Part shown: piece by piece, positions 24,582 to 37,081 of the stretch
Numbering within the stretch: position 1 is the stretch's first letter
Layout of the letters: each line of letters starts with the position of its first letter
DNA from: Octopus sinensis
Taxonomy: Eukaryota
Reading direction: 5' to 3'
Assembly (NCBI RefSeq): GCF_006345805.1
Contig: NC_043000.1
Location: 133,362,001-133,426,000 of the forward strand
DNA length: 64,000 nucleotides
Notes under the pieces: model-generated
Database searches by the model: none
Told to the model about the DNA's origin: nothing
Seen by the model: the letters and a program-made list of their open reading frames with translations, nothing else
Translations under genes and position numbers: made by a program

Positions 24582-25030
24582 TATTATTATTAAGGTGGTG
24601 AGCTGGATGAAATGCTTAGTAGTATTTACCTATTTTTACATTCTGAGTTCAAATTCCACCAATGTCAACTTTGTCTTTCATCCTTTTGGGGTTGATAAAA
24701 TAAGTACCAGTTGAGCACTGGAATCAATGTAATCGACTCGTCCCCTCCTTCAAAATGGCTGTCCTTGTGGCAAAATTTGAAACCATCATCATCATTATTG
24801 TTGTTGTTGTTGTTAAGGCAGTGTACTGGAAGAATAGTTAGCCCATTGGGCAAAATGCTTAGTGGCATTTCGTCTGTCTTTATGTTCCAAGTTCAAATTC
24901 TACTGAGGTCGACTTTACCATTCATCCTTTCGGGGTCAGTAAAGCAAGTACCAGTTGACCACTGGGGTCAATATAATCAACTTACGCCCTCCCCCAAAAT
25001 TGCTGTCCGTGTACCAAAATTTGAAACCAG
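23006..25030 (+). repeat. Head-to-tail cluster of about six family D SINEs separated by (TAT)n/(CAT)n/(TGT)n tracts
   Basis: Copies at about 23006, 23912, 24137, 24375 (partial), 24593, 24817, all + strand. Confidence 0.85.
23283..23882 (-). mobile_element. Two 3' ends of an R4/Dong-like (restriction-like endonuclease) non-LTR element in (TAA)n
   Basis: ORF 23590-23868 KKLSKYKDLEIEVTRMWNLKTEMIPIIVGALG fits the RLE C-terminal K..KY.DL..E...W...P...GALG pattern; both copies (23283-23436, 23554-23882) abut (TAA)n. Confidence 0.75.
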
Positions 25031-25289
25031 TGTTGTTAGGTCTAGGGTATATCAGTTGTGTGCCACTTAAAAAAAAATTAATATTGTTATTATCCTGGCA
25101 GTATGTTTTCTGTTTCTTTAAAAAGTTTACTTCACATTTTCTGTGCATTTAAGAAAGAAAAAAAATCATCAAAACATCCCTCTTCCTCAACCTAAAAACT
25201 GAAATTTATTAGTTTTTTTCAAATGACCAGAAATTGTTCCTCACATTAATATTGCTTCAAATCAGTATATTTTCAGGCTTAAACCACTG

Positions 25290-25321
<32 letters not shown>

Positions 25322-25850
25322 CCATCATTTAACATCCGCTTTCCATGCTGGCATGGGTTGGATGATTTGACTGAGGACTGGTAAGCCAGGTGGCTGCACC
25401 AGGCTCCAATCTAATCTGGCAGAGTTTCTACAGCTGGATGCCCTTCCTAATGCCAACCACTCAGAGAGTGTAGTGGGTGCTTTTACGTGCCACTGGCATG
25501 AGGGCCAGTCAGGCAGTACTGGCAACGGTCATGCTCAAATGGTGTTTCTTACATGCCACCTGCACAGGAGCCAGTTCAGTGGCACTGGCAACGACCTCGC
25601 TCAAATGTTTTTTCACGTACCACCTGCACAAGTGCCAGTAAGGCGACTCTGGTAATGATCACACTCGAAAGGTGCTTTTTACGTGCCACCGGCACGGAAG
25701 CCAGTCAGCTGCTCTGGCAACAATCACACTCGGATGGTGCTCTTAGCGCTCCACTAGCGCGTATGCCAGTCATCAAATTTGATTTCAATTTTGATTCCAC
25801 TTCCCTCAACAGATCTTCACAAGCAGAGTTTAGTGTCCAATGAAGGTTGC
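25290..25850 (-). mobile_element. RTE 3' end (family A) with multiple internal GTGCCAC/AAAAGCAC subrepeats
   Basis: (CAT)n tail, family A core, then several degenerate subrepeats and the ORF stop region. Confidence 0.85.
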
Positions 25851-26983
25851 TAATTTTTCTCTTGCTGGTTAGTGTTTCAAATTATAAAGCAAAAAATTAG
25901 CTACAGTTGAATTGATATCATCATCATCCTTATCATTTAATGTCCAGTTTCTATTCTAGCATGGGTTATACAGTTTGACTGGAGCTGGTAAGCTGGAGAG
26001 CTGCATTAGTCTCTAATTGTCTGTTTTGGCAAGGTTTCTACAGCTGGATGCCCTTATTAACACCCAATACGTTACAGTGTTTACTGCTGCTTTTTACATG
26101 GCACCAGTACTTTACATGTGGCACCAGCACAAGTGCTTTTTGTATGGTATAAACACAGGTGCTTTATGTGTGACACCAGAATGGATGATGTTTATATTTT
26201 GTGAAAATTAAGCATATATTGTTTCTTGGAATATTTAAAGTGAATTGACCTTCAGTATAGTGATACTTAGATAATGTTTTGCATGAGTTGGGTAGGGGCT
26301 TTGGGATTGAAGGGGAAGTGGTGTTGGAAAGTTTGAATTGTTTTGCCTACTGCTGGTTAAACAATCAGACTTTGTTATCAGTACATATCCTTAAGTTGGC
26401 TCTTGAAAGTTTTTTATTTTCATTTTTTCGACTCCTGTTCCATATCTTGATTTGCTAAGTCGTTTTTGTAGCCTTTCTGTCAATTTTTTCCTTTAATTTT
26501 GTTTTGGATGCTCCAACATTTTATAATTGATATTAATTGCCTTAATGTGTATTAATTGCCTTAATGTTCATGTATGCAAATAGCATATATTCCTGATAAC
26601 ACACACACACAAATATATATATAAATATATATAAAAGATAGAGGTGGAAACAGCACGGAGGTATATTTAAGACATTCTAATTTAGAAAGAAATTAATAAA
26701 ATGATTTTAAAATTTTGTTTATATTTATAGGAAATATAAAATATTAATGGTTTCGATGATGAAATTCATCTTATTGAATATTAAAAAAAAATTGTAATTT
26801 GAAGTAAAAGCAGTTTGTATTTATCTTCTGTTTGGTGATTAGAACATGTCTGGAGTTTTCCCATAAAGTCTTTAAACATAGGTTGTTAGTAAATAATTTG
26901 GTATAGAGTTTGTGGTGTTAGAGAGAAAGAGAGGGGTAGTAGTTGTCAATTGTCTAAAAAAAACCTGTGGGTTCCTGCCAAGT

Positions 26984-27198
26984 GTTTAAACTGGCCATAT
27001 CTGGCCCAAATATTCTACATGTTTTATATTCAAACTGGCCATATCTAATCTCTCACACCTAACCTACATAGACATTCTAAAAATATATAATCACATCATT
27101 GAAACCTCAAAGCTATGAGATAATGCGTGATTAATTCAAAACAATTTGAGTGAAAAAGCATTATATTTAACAGAGTTATCTGAACATTAAAGGGTTAA
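26984..27198. mobile_element. piggyBac-like MITE, left end eroded
   Basis: Body matches 18319-18542; right end AAAGGG-TTAA. Confidence 0.7.
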
Positions 27199-27229
27199 AA
27201 GTATTTATTAAATGGGCAGAACTTATATC

Positions 27230-28260
27230 TCTCTAACGATGGGAAAAGTGGGAGATGTGGCTCCTTAAATACAAAGAGAAATTTAAAAAAATACATACCA
27301 CAGACAACCCCTTCATCAAAAAACATAACAAAACATGAAGCCCTACAGAAACAATCAAACTGTCAATCGTAACACACCTAACCCACAAACACAATTCTCC
27401 CAACCCAAACCAGATACACCCAACTACAATCAAAGAAAAACCACACCCAACCACAACACAAACATTCCCCAAACTTTCTTTCACAAATCCAAATCCAGAA
27501 ATGACATAAACCAACCTTATAACACAAACACTTTATACTTTGGAAGAGGTACGCCCAGATTACTGAGAGCTATATCAGGGCCCTTAATAAAATATAACCA
27601 CAATCATTATAGCATAAATACGATGGCCTTTGGAAGAGACCCACCCAAACCACCCAGATTACTCAGAACCCCAACCGGACTGCAGCATAATGGAAACTAC
27701 AGTTGACCCAGCCCTCTTCAACACACTTACCATCAAAAACGACCCTACAAATCCACTCAAATCAGACCAACAACAAATATTAACTACACTCAAAGTAACT
27801 TACCTTTTTAGCACAAGGACAGAAATACCAGGACATGCGTTCCACCCCCACTACACAAGAAACCAAAGGTAATTAACCTCTTGAAAAAGCCATTAACTGA
27901 CACCCAAATAGAAATTCTAAGTAAGGGACTGAGGTTTGCACCTACACCACAAAGACCAAACTTCCCCGAACTGAAAAATGACATTGCAGAATTCTGCTGA
28001 ATACCCCATCAACAACTCTAATGATGAGGACAAATCATTAGCCAGAAACAAAAGCAATTTTTTCCCAAATAAAGCACTAGATTCCTACTGTGAATACATT
28101 ATGAATTTGCCCTTTGGGAAAATTGAACATAGAAACATTAAATCAAACGTTACAAAGCATGTATGGAAGAACCTACTGGACTTACAAGAAAATAGGGAGC
28201 ACTGTTGCCATCATGGACACAAAGTACTATAAAGACCTAGTGGGATATCTTCTTTTACAC
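27230..28260 (+). mobile_element. Penelope-like element N-terminal ORF remnant
   Basis: From 27869: VINLLKKPLTDTQIEILSKGLRFAPTP (PLE N-terminal INLS..L.KGL.F.P motif) and downstream GSTVAIMDTKYY (cf. DKG..VVMD..Y). Confidence 0.7.
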
Positions 28261-28437
28261 CAAGCAGCTGAAGTGACACAGCCTGCACTGATTGATGTAA
28301 CACAACTAGATGCACAATGTCCTGCCCCTATGAGACAAATGCAGGATACATTGAAACAACCATCATGCTGAATCTTCCGTTTCCTTCATCAGTTATATAG
28401 ATAGATAGACAGATAGATATGAGGAGAGAGAGAGTAT

Positions 28438-28501
<64 letters not shown>

Positions 28502-31371
28502 AGTGCTATATATCATACCTTTACCACTATCAACAGGGATTTAGCACTGGAATTACTCCAAAAGAAAAGAAGACACTCATCCAATACTATCAAAGGTATG
28601 GTCTGCAAGTTCAGTGGCCCATGACAATGTTTAGTTCAGCTTCTAACTAACTTTTATGAAAAAATAGTTTACTATTATTTTTTAACATTAGAATATTCTG
28701 TAATCTATATGTTATTAGTGTGCATTCATAGTTGCATCTTGATCAGACTTGTGATTAACACCAGCCAGATCTGTCTAGTCAAATCACTCTAGGGAATCCT
28801 TTGTTTGACTAACTAATAATAAAGAAGCTTATATTAGGTGGTGAGCTAGCAGAATTGCTAGCATGCCAGGCAAATGCTTATTGACGTTTTTTATTGTCTT
28901 TACATTATGAGTTCAAATTCTGCTGAGGTTTGGCTTTGCTTGTCATCCTTCTGGAGTTGATAACATAAGTAACACTTGAGCACTGAGGTCAATGTAATCA
29001 ACTTGCCCTTTCCTCTGAACTTGCTAGTCTTGTGGTGAAATCTGAAAGCAATAAAGAAGCTTATGGACCTATACATTTGTTTGGAAAGGCTAAATTTTCA
29101 AGAAGTTCCTACTCAATAATGACAGAAGAATGGTCATATTCTGATTTATTAATTCAAGTAGGAGGATCAGTTTAGTAGTGGTATCTGAACCAAAGGAAAC
29201 TATTTTTTTTTCTGGTTATCTGTACTATAAAGGATGGAAATCAAAATGAATTAATATGTAATGTGGCTCTTGTTTATCCTGTTTATTTGTAAGAGCTATA
29301 TTCTGGAAATGTTTATCAGCAATCATGTACATATTCTTTTATCTAACAAAGGCTTGTATTATCATTTATGCAAATATTTACATCCCATAACTTTAAGTGT
29401 GTTCTTAGTAGTTAAATGTTTATCAACAAGAAAAGCTATCTAGTTGCAGCAGGAATTTTTGTAGCAGAATCTATTCCAGTTTGTAAAATCCATTCACTCA
29501 AAAAAGTACAGATGATTGGATGTAAAATTGTGTTTGTCATCATCACCACCATCATCATTATCATTATCATCACTGTAATTATCATCAGGATTCATTGGAT
29601 CCAAGGATCGTATTGAGCTCCAGTGCTTGTTTTGGTATGATTTCTTCAGTTGGATGCCCTTCCTAATACCAACCACTTAACAACATCTACTGGGTGCTTT
29701 TTTTTTGTGCCACTGGCACTAGTGAGGTTGCTATGCAGTTTACAAGACTATGAACCCCTTTGGGGAGGGGCCAGTTTATACAAGAAGATGAGGCATTAAA
29801 GCATAAGGTAGGGTAGGGGTAAGGTTGGGGTGGAAGAGCAGGCACTTATAGAAGAGCTACATAGCTACTCACATAGAAGAGAGGGAATAATCAGTAGGAG
29901 CTGCAAAGTGAGAAATAGTGATAATGAAGTGTCCCCTCAAAGCACAAGGTGAATAGAAAAGAAGGGGACAGAGGAACATCATCATCATCATCATCATTTA
30001 GCGTCCGTTTTCCATCTAGGACGGTTCAACTGGGGTCTGTGAAGCTGGAAGGCTTCATCAGACCCAGTCAGATCTGGCAGTGTTTCTACAGCTGGATGCC
30101 CTTCCTAACGCCAACCACTCTGTGAGTGTAGTGGGTGCTTTTTACGTGCCACCCGCACATTTTATTTTATTCATTGGTACTTGCTTGTAAGGTTGCATTT
30201 GGAAATTATCTGGTCAATGTTACACTGTAGGATTGAACTTGACACTTCATAATTTTATGTACCAATACAGTGTGGTTTGTGAATAAATAAAGACATAGAG
30301 TGCCAAAGAAAATAAAATATTTAAAATATGCCTTTCAGTTTTATATATTGTCTCATTTACATTTGAGCACTTCTTTTTGCAATCCTATAATCCCTTTTGT
30401 TCCTATAAAAAGAGACAAATATTATTTCTTATTATGACAAAAATTTCTACTTTTCTTTCAATATCTCTTATTTTGCAAAAATTGTCAAACAGTTTCTTCT
30501 CCACCAGAGAAAGTCTGGGCCTTTTGGCCAACATTAAATCACTCTCATAACTCTTCTTCAATTATCAAACTTTCTAAGTTCTTTCAGCAAATGTATTTTC
30601 TCTTTTTATCCTTCTCATATATTTTCCCTTACCTTTGATCCAAGCATTCCTTCTGCTTTTGTCTGTTGTTACATTTTTTCATGTCTATAATGAACACATC
30701 TGTCATGTGTAAAAACTACTTTTGCAAACAATGCACAACAGTTTTCCTGAAGGTCATAATGTAAATAAGATCTTATTTTCCCACTGCTTATTGAATTTAT
30801 ACTTACTATATTCTCTGTTTATTCTTTTCATTTATTGTCTTTTGCACTGCAATGGGCAATGTAAAAACAAGATATATTGTTTGAAAAAACCTGCAAATGT
30901 TCACAAAAGTTTAAAAAAACATAACTGTATATAACGCATAAGAATTTCAGCCATAAACTGACTGGCAAAAAGTTGTGATTGACAGATGCTTTTTACTGCC
31001 TGAAGATCAAATACAAAGTGTGTTTTGAATAATTTGGGATGGAGGTGTAATCTGCTATTTTTAATCATCCAAAGCCTCATGGATTGGCCATCTCTCACAG
31101 AAAATCCCTTGTAGATGAAATATTACTGATTTTTTTTTTATTATCTTTTTTCTTTTATCTTTCACTTGTTTCAGTTATTAAGCTACAGCCATTCTGGGGT
31201 ATGTGGATCACATGCTACTTGTGAAAGAGAAAAAGACTATGTACATCACACAAAATCTCAATATGCTATTTAATTTTTTTAATCAACTTGCTAATGATGT
31301 TGTACTGGAAGCATTAAATTTAACTTTTTTTTGTTCCATTGCTAAGAACCTTTTTTTCTATTTCTTTCTAG

Positions 31372-31495
31372 ACCTGTGTGGCAGTGGCAGCATCTAAGAA
31401 AAGTCAAAATTTAGTTTCACATGTTGAAGATTTTAAAGACTTTAAAAAGTTATTGAGGACAAAAACTAATTTACTTGTGATATTAACTAAATCAG
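31372..31495 (+). CDS. PDIA5: PDIA5 exon 2 (TCVAVAASKKSQNLVSHVEDFKDFKKLLRTKTNLLVILTKS)
   Basis: Polypyrimidine tract + AG 31370-31371; donor GTATAG 31496; 124 nt, phase 0 to 1. Confidence 0.92.
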
Positions 31496-31972
31496 GTATA
31501 GTAAATGCTTTGCTTTCATGTTTTTTTTTTATGAAAAAGTTGGATGTTTAATATATTTTTTGAATTGGTTAGTATTGTCTAATGTAACTTTAACACAAAT
31601 TTTTCAAGAATTTTGGTTCCAAATAAAGTTTCTATCACTTGAGGTTATGGTATTGCTATATTTTGTTTGTCTAGAATAATAGTATTTAGCTGTAGATCAG
31701 CTCTAATAGAACAGAATTAAAACAGGTTAAAGCTGGAGTATTGACCACATTGTTAAGTTCAAAATCTTACTTCGGTCATTGTGTTCTGTCTCTTACAAGG
31801 CACATAACTCATTACTTCAGTTTGGCTGATAGTCTTCCCTACTAAATAAAAAAAAAAAAAATAAAATAAAAGAACAAACAAATGAGCTTCTGTTTCACAG
31901 TTAGAGTAATCAATGTATTCAACCATAAAAAGTATTGCTCCAGCACAAATCCATTCCATTCATCTCAGTATG

Positions 31973-31977
<5 letters not shown>

Positions 31978-32003
<26 letters not shown>

Positions 32004-32692
32004 TTTTAACGTCCGTTTTCCATTCTAGCATGGGTTGGACAGTTCGACCGGGGTCTGGGAAGCCAGGAGGCTGCACCATGCTCCAGTCTAATCTGGCAGT
32101 GTTTCTACAGCTGGATGCCCTTCCTAACACCAACCACTCCGACAGTGTAGTGGGTGCTTTTTACGTGACACCGGCACAGGGGCCAGAGGAGGCTGGCAAA
32201 TGGCCATGATTGGTTGGTGCTTTTTACGTGCCACCGACAGGGACGCCAGTCAGGTGGCGCTGGCATCTGCCACGTTCGGACAGTGCTTTTACCGTGTCAC
32301 CGGCACGGGTATCTTAACTACAATTTCCATTTGATTTTAATTTTGATGTTGGTGTTAATGCTCTTGAGTCAATATGTCTCCCCAAGAACAGCGGGTCACT
32401 CTACGATCCAAGGTTAGCACAGCAGGCCATCCTGCGAGCCATGAACTCACTTTATTTGTCGGGTCTTCACAGTCACAGCATATCTCAGAGGTCTTGGTCT
32501 TCGTCATTTCCTCTGTTAGGCCCTACGTGCCACCAGCACGGGAATTACAACTACAATATCCATGCGATTTTTATTTTGATGTTGATGAACTTGACACAAT
32601 AGGTCTCCTCAAGCACAGCAGGCCATCCTGCAAGCCATGAACTCACTTCATTTGTCGGCTCTTCACAGTCACAGCTTATCTCAGAGGTCTCG
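31978..32692 (-). mobile_element. RTE 3' end (family A) with tandem duplication of the ORF-stop/UTR junction
   Basis: Related blocks about 32300-32490 and 32530-32690, each with rc ..GCTGTGACTGTGAAGA..CGACAAAT.AAGTGA. Confidence 0.8.
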
Positions 32693-33152
32693 TAAAACAG
32701 TATAAATAAAATATGCAAATATACCTATTCATAAACTTTTACATATCATTTGGCTTAAATTGCTCTTGCAAGGTTTCATTTCAACCTTTAAATGTTCTAT
32801 CATCATCTACATAACTCATTACAAATATTTCCTTAAACTGATACTGTGGGCTCTGTCTTTGCTTTGTTGAATGAAGATTCAGCAAGACCATAGTCTGTGG
32901 AAAATGATCATCACCCTATGGCTACCTGTATGCAGGGTCAAAGCCGAAAACTTCCAGTGGCATCCTCTACTTGTTCCCATCACCCTTTTCTGTATCACCA
33001 CTAGACTTATGATGAAGATGATGCAGTGGTGTTGGTACTGGTGTGTTGGTTTGCTGAACAACCTGTATGAGGAGTATTGTTATAGTGGGCATGATTTGTA
33101 CGGAGCCAGTCCCAGCTCTCTTGTCCTTCAAGCTTGTATTGGTCTGGTGCAA

Positions 33153-33244
33153 CAAGTACCATGGGATTGGTACATCAAGTGCCATGGGATTGGTACATCA
33201 AGTGCCATGGGATTGGTACATCAAGTGTCATGGGATTGGTACTT
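33153..33244. repeat. 23-bp tandem repeat x4 (CAAGTGCCATGGGATTGGTACAT)
   Basis: Units start 33153, 33176, 33199, 33222; lies in a repeat also seen, without the array, at about 42665-42775. Confidence 0.92.
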
Positions 33245-33338
33245 ACCAGGATACAGGGTTTGTATGGAGTTACCTTCTCTTGGATGAGAAGTTAAAGCAT
33301 TGAAGGGCCTCATCTGTTCTGGGTCTATCAGGATATCT

Positions 33339-33568
33339 TTAACCCTTTCGTTGTCGTATTTATTTTGAGATGCTCTGTGTTTCTTTCAATTAATTTTGAA
33401 TGTAACAAAGAATTTAGTAAAATAACTTAGTTATCATTAAGTTGGTATTAGGAACATAAATTGTGACTAAGGTTTGGTGGAAGATTTTAATTCAAAACTT
33501 ATGAAAACAAGACATTTGTACTACAGAACCAGAGGCGGTTTCAGCTGGGTTGGTATCGAAAGGGTTAA
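33339..33568. mobile_element. piggyBac-like MITE, second family
   Basis: TTAA-CCCTTTCG ... CGAAAGGG-TTAA. Confidence 0.85.
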
Positions 33569-33890
33569 GTGACCTTCTTCCGAAGGCATTTCTGTGACAT
33601 GCTAATTAACTCATAAGTATGACATGCTAATTAACCCATAGTTAACCCATAAATGACATGCTAATTAACCCATTTCTGTAACATGCTAATTAACCCATAA
33701 CCCGACAAAGGCTACCACGCTGGGTCAGAGTATATCTGGGAACAATAGCGACTAAGAAGTAGTTTCACACTCCTGAATCTCCTAAACCAGGGCCCCACAA
33801 CAGGGTGCAGTTTAAAGCTCTATCCAAGACAAAAGTTGCTGTTAAAGCTTGATTTATTGATTTTCTTTCTTTTGAAAAGGAAATGAGATA

Positions 33891-35182
33891 TTGGGTCATC
33901 TCATAAATAATGTGGTTTTTTTTTATTCTTCTTTTATTTTTCAAAATTAAGAGAAATGAAGTTCTTTTTTAATCTAAAATATACTCTCCTTCATTTTCTA
34001 CAATGCTCTTCCATCTATCTGGTAGACTTGCAAGGTCCCTCTTCCAAAATTCACTTGTCTGTGACAAAAAATAATCCACCATTACTGTTCTGGCCTCATC
34101 TACAGAATTCATATTTTTTCCATCCAAATGATTTTGAAGACTGCGGAATAAATGATAATCAGATGGGGCAATGTCTAGTAAATATGGTGGATGGGGGATC
34201 GTTTCCCATTCAAACTGCTTCAGCCTTTGGAATGTCATCCTTAATGTATGTGGCCGAGCATTATCCTGATGGAAGAACATTTTTCATCTTGAAACCAAAG
34301 ATGGTCATTTTCCTTCTAGCACTGGCTTAAGCTGCTCACAGTAGATCTCCTTTGTTATTGATAGGTTTGCATTAGAAGTTTGAAGTGGACTAAACTTTTC
34401 ATATCCTACCAAACAGATAACAGCACCTTATGTGGGTGAAGACCTTCTTTAGCTGGGGTGGGGTGGGGTGGGGTGGCAGATTCTCTTTTCCCTGCTCACT
34501 GTCTTCAATGCTTGACATTTTTATAGAGAACACATTTCTCAACACCAGTCACTATTCAGTCCACCAAAGGTTCATTCATGAGACGTGACAGCAAAGAAGA
34601 GCACACATTCACTCTCTGCATATGATTAGACTCGGAAAGTTTGTAAGGAATCCATGGACCAATTTGCTGACTTATCCAATGGCATGCAGGTGTTGATGAA
34701 TGGTTGAATGACCAAATCCAAGCTACTCTGCTAGTTCCTCAACAGTTGCGATGGGATTTTGTTCCTACAGAGTTTGCAGGACGTCCTTGTCGTGCTCGAC
34801 AGATCTTCCAGGACAAGGTTCATCTTCTCGGCTGCAATTTCTGGCTTGGAATTTCTGGAGCCACCGTTGACACTGGTTTACGATTATTGTCAAATCTCCA
34901 ATTACTGCATTAATATTCCTTGCACTTTCCAATGCATTGTTGCCTTTATTGAACCCATAAAGCAAAATATGCCAAATGTGCTCCTTTATCACTTCCATTA
35001 TATTTTTGGAAAAATAACTGTTAAAATCAAACTGCACTCTTCAAAACTTGCACAAAGAATAAGGACAAGGTAAAATTACTACCTGCTTTTATAGCAAGTT
35101 GATGCAGGTAGTTTATCCTGTCTCCCTCCGACTTTTAGTTCATGCAATTGAAAAAAACCACATTATTTATGGGATGGCCCAA
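33891..35182 (-). mobile_element. Full-length (1292 bp) mariner transposon with decayed DD34D transposase
   Basis: About 30-bp TIRs TTGGGTCATCTCATAAATAATGTGGTTTT with 2 mismatches, TA TSDs 33889-33890 / 35183-35184; HTH region (34765-35037) and HQDNARPH..HPPYLLDIAPSDYHLF (33969-34280); stops/frameshifts between. Confidence 0.93.
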
Positions 35183-35395
35183 TACTTAGGTAATCTACTC
35201 TTTCTTGAAATATAGTCAGTGAAAGGTTTAATGTCAAAAAGCTATACTAAATATTGGAAAAGGAACTCAGTTGACAATAAGTGCTAGAGTGAATGTCAAT
35301 TCTTTTCACCTTTTTGTCTCTTCTGTTCCCATTCATTTTAAAATTCTAATTTGTTTTCCAATATCTCATATGTTGCATTTAATTATTTTTTTCAG

Positions 35396-35483
35396 AAAAA
35401 TCTTTGTCTTCCATTTTACCTGTGATACAGACAACTGCTGAAGAAATGAAAGGCAAAGCCACATTAATTATCATTGACTGCAG
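35396..35483 (+). CDS. PDIA5: PDIA5 exon 3 (EKSLSSILPVIQTTAEEMKGKATLIIIDC)
   Basis: ttttcAG acceptor, donor GTAATC; 88 nt, phase 1 to 2. Confidence 0.9.
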
Positions 35484-36705
35484 GTAATCATTGGTTAAGA
35501 ATGGTTTGGTAATCTATTTATAATTAACACTTAGTGTTAATTATAATTAACACTTAGTTTTGTAGGTGTTCTTTCTTTTGCAAAATTATACCAGTAACCA
35601 TAGTAACTACAATCCTTACATGTGAGGTTAAGATTGTTGGTTTGTCTATGCATGTTTAATACCACAACGACTTTCTTTATAAGATGGTGATGTGGAGAGC
35701 AGATGGCAAATTTAATTTGTCTAAAAATTAGTTGTTGTTTAACTCCAGGTCATCTCTGATTGAATGAGATAAAAAAGCATATAGATAATCCACTGAAGTA
35801 AGGTTGACTTGCTTGTCATCCAGTCTTTTTTTTCAGTATAATGTAGGCACAATTGCAATATCCTTCCATTTTGTTAGGCTTCAGATCAGTCCTAACTAAA
35901 TGGAGCTGTAATAAAAGACATTACAGTCATGATCATCCTGTTTTAAAATGGCAGAGTATAATTTGAAGGAGGTTCGGTTGCTATTTCTGGCTGGTCAAGT
36001 GACCACTTACAAATTGCCTTGTTGGCATGTGGATCTTTAATTTTTTTTTGTTGATGTTACAAATGGAAGAGAAACAATTTTCTTAATTTTCTATTGTTCT
36101 GAAAAATCCTACAGAGAACAACAACAACAACAAAAAAAGAAACAAACAGTGAAAAACATGAATGCTTATACATTTATATTTTTATAGCAAATTCGATCCT
36201 TTGGCTAAGAAGATATTCTACTGTCATTAATGTTTATTGAATTTTTACTGAAAATATGTTAATTTTCTTTTTAGTAGCAAATCAATAACTTTGTTATTAT
36301 TGAGTCACTATTTTTCAAGCTTTGTACTAAATGAACCAACCTTACTCAACTAGCTCTGTCTCTGTGATTTAAGATGATCTCTTTGGCTATAGCTAGACCA
36401 CTCCTCTTTCAATGCAGTGATTAAAAAAGAAAAGAAGTGTTTAGCTAATCTTTTATATCTTTCAATGCACAGAAGAATCAGGATTAGATGATTTAAGTAA
36501 TATTTGGCTTAATATAATTTTATGCTATCCATACAAAACAAAATTCTTTTTCTGTTTTATTAAACCTAACAATTATCAGTTCATTCTGTCTTTAAGAAGA
36601 TCTGATATTTTGATTTAGCATGACATAAACATTGAACTACCTACATTTTTACTATCTTTTAAATATAAATATAATATGTCTCTATTTCTGTGTTTATAAT
36701 TTTAG

Positions 36706-36771
36706 TGTTGCAAAGAAACTTTGTAAAAAACTGAAAATGTCATCAAACAGCTTTGAACTTAAACATTATCA
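36706..36771 (+). CDS. PDIA5: PDIA5 exon 4 (SVAKKLCKKLKMSSNSFELKHY)
   Basis: ttttAG acceptor, donor GTAAGT; 66 nt, phase 2 to 2; KKLCKKLK motif. Confidence 0.92.
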
Positions 36772-37081
36772 GTAAGTGTTTTGATTTATTTTTGAGTCCA
36801 TATTCTTTAGTATTGTCTGTCTATGAAATGGTGAAATGGCTGAGGAGCTAAGATAATTAGATTACTAACTTATTGGATATATGTTGTATGCCTTTGTAGG
36901 AATCTTATTGTGACCCTGGGAAAAGCACAGCTATCCACCATGAGGTGGATAGATTTCCTGATTAAAACATGTATATATAAATACCAAAATGAGGGTGAAA
37001 AAATTGTATATTAATTTAATAACATCAATTTAACACCAGTGGTTTAGCACATAAAAAACTGAGATTCAGTAAATATTATTA

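Noticed and set aside
33153-33244. 23-bp (and 64-bp at 48098-48470) repeats as CRISPR-like arrays
   Set aside because: Units are directly adjacent with no unique spacers, no cas genes, eukaryotic intron context.
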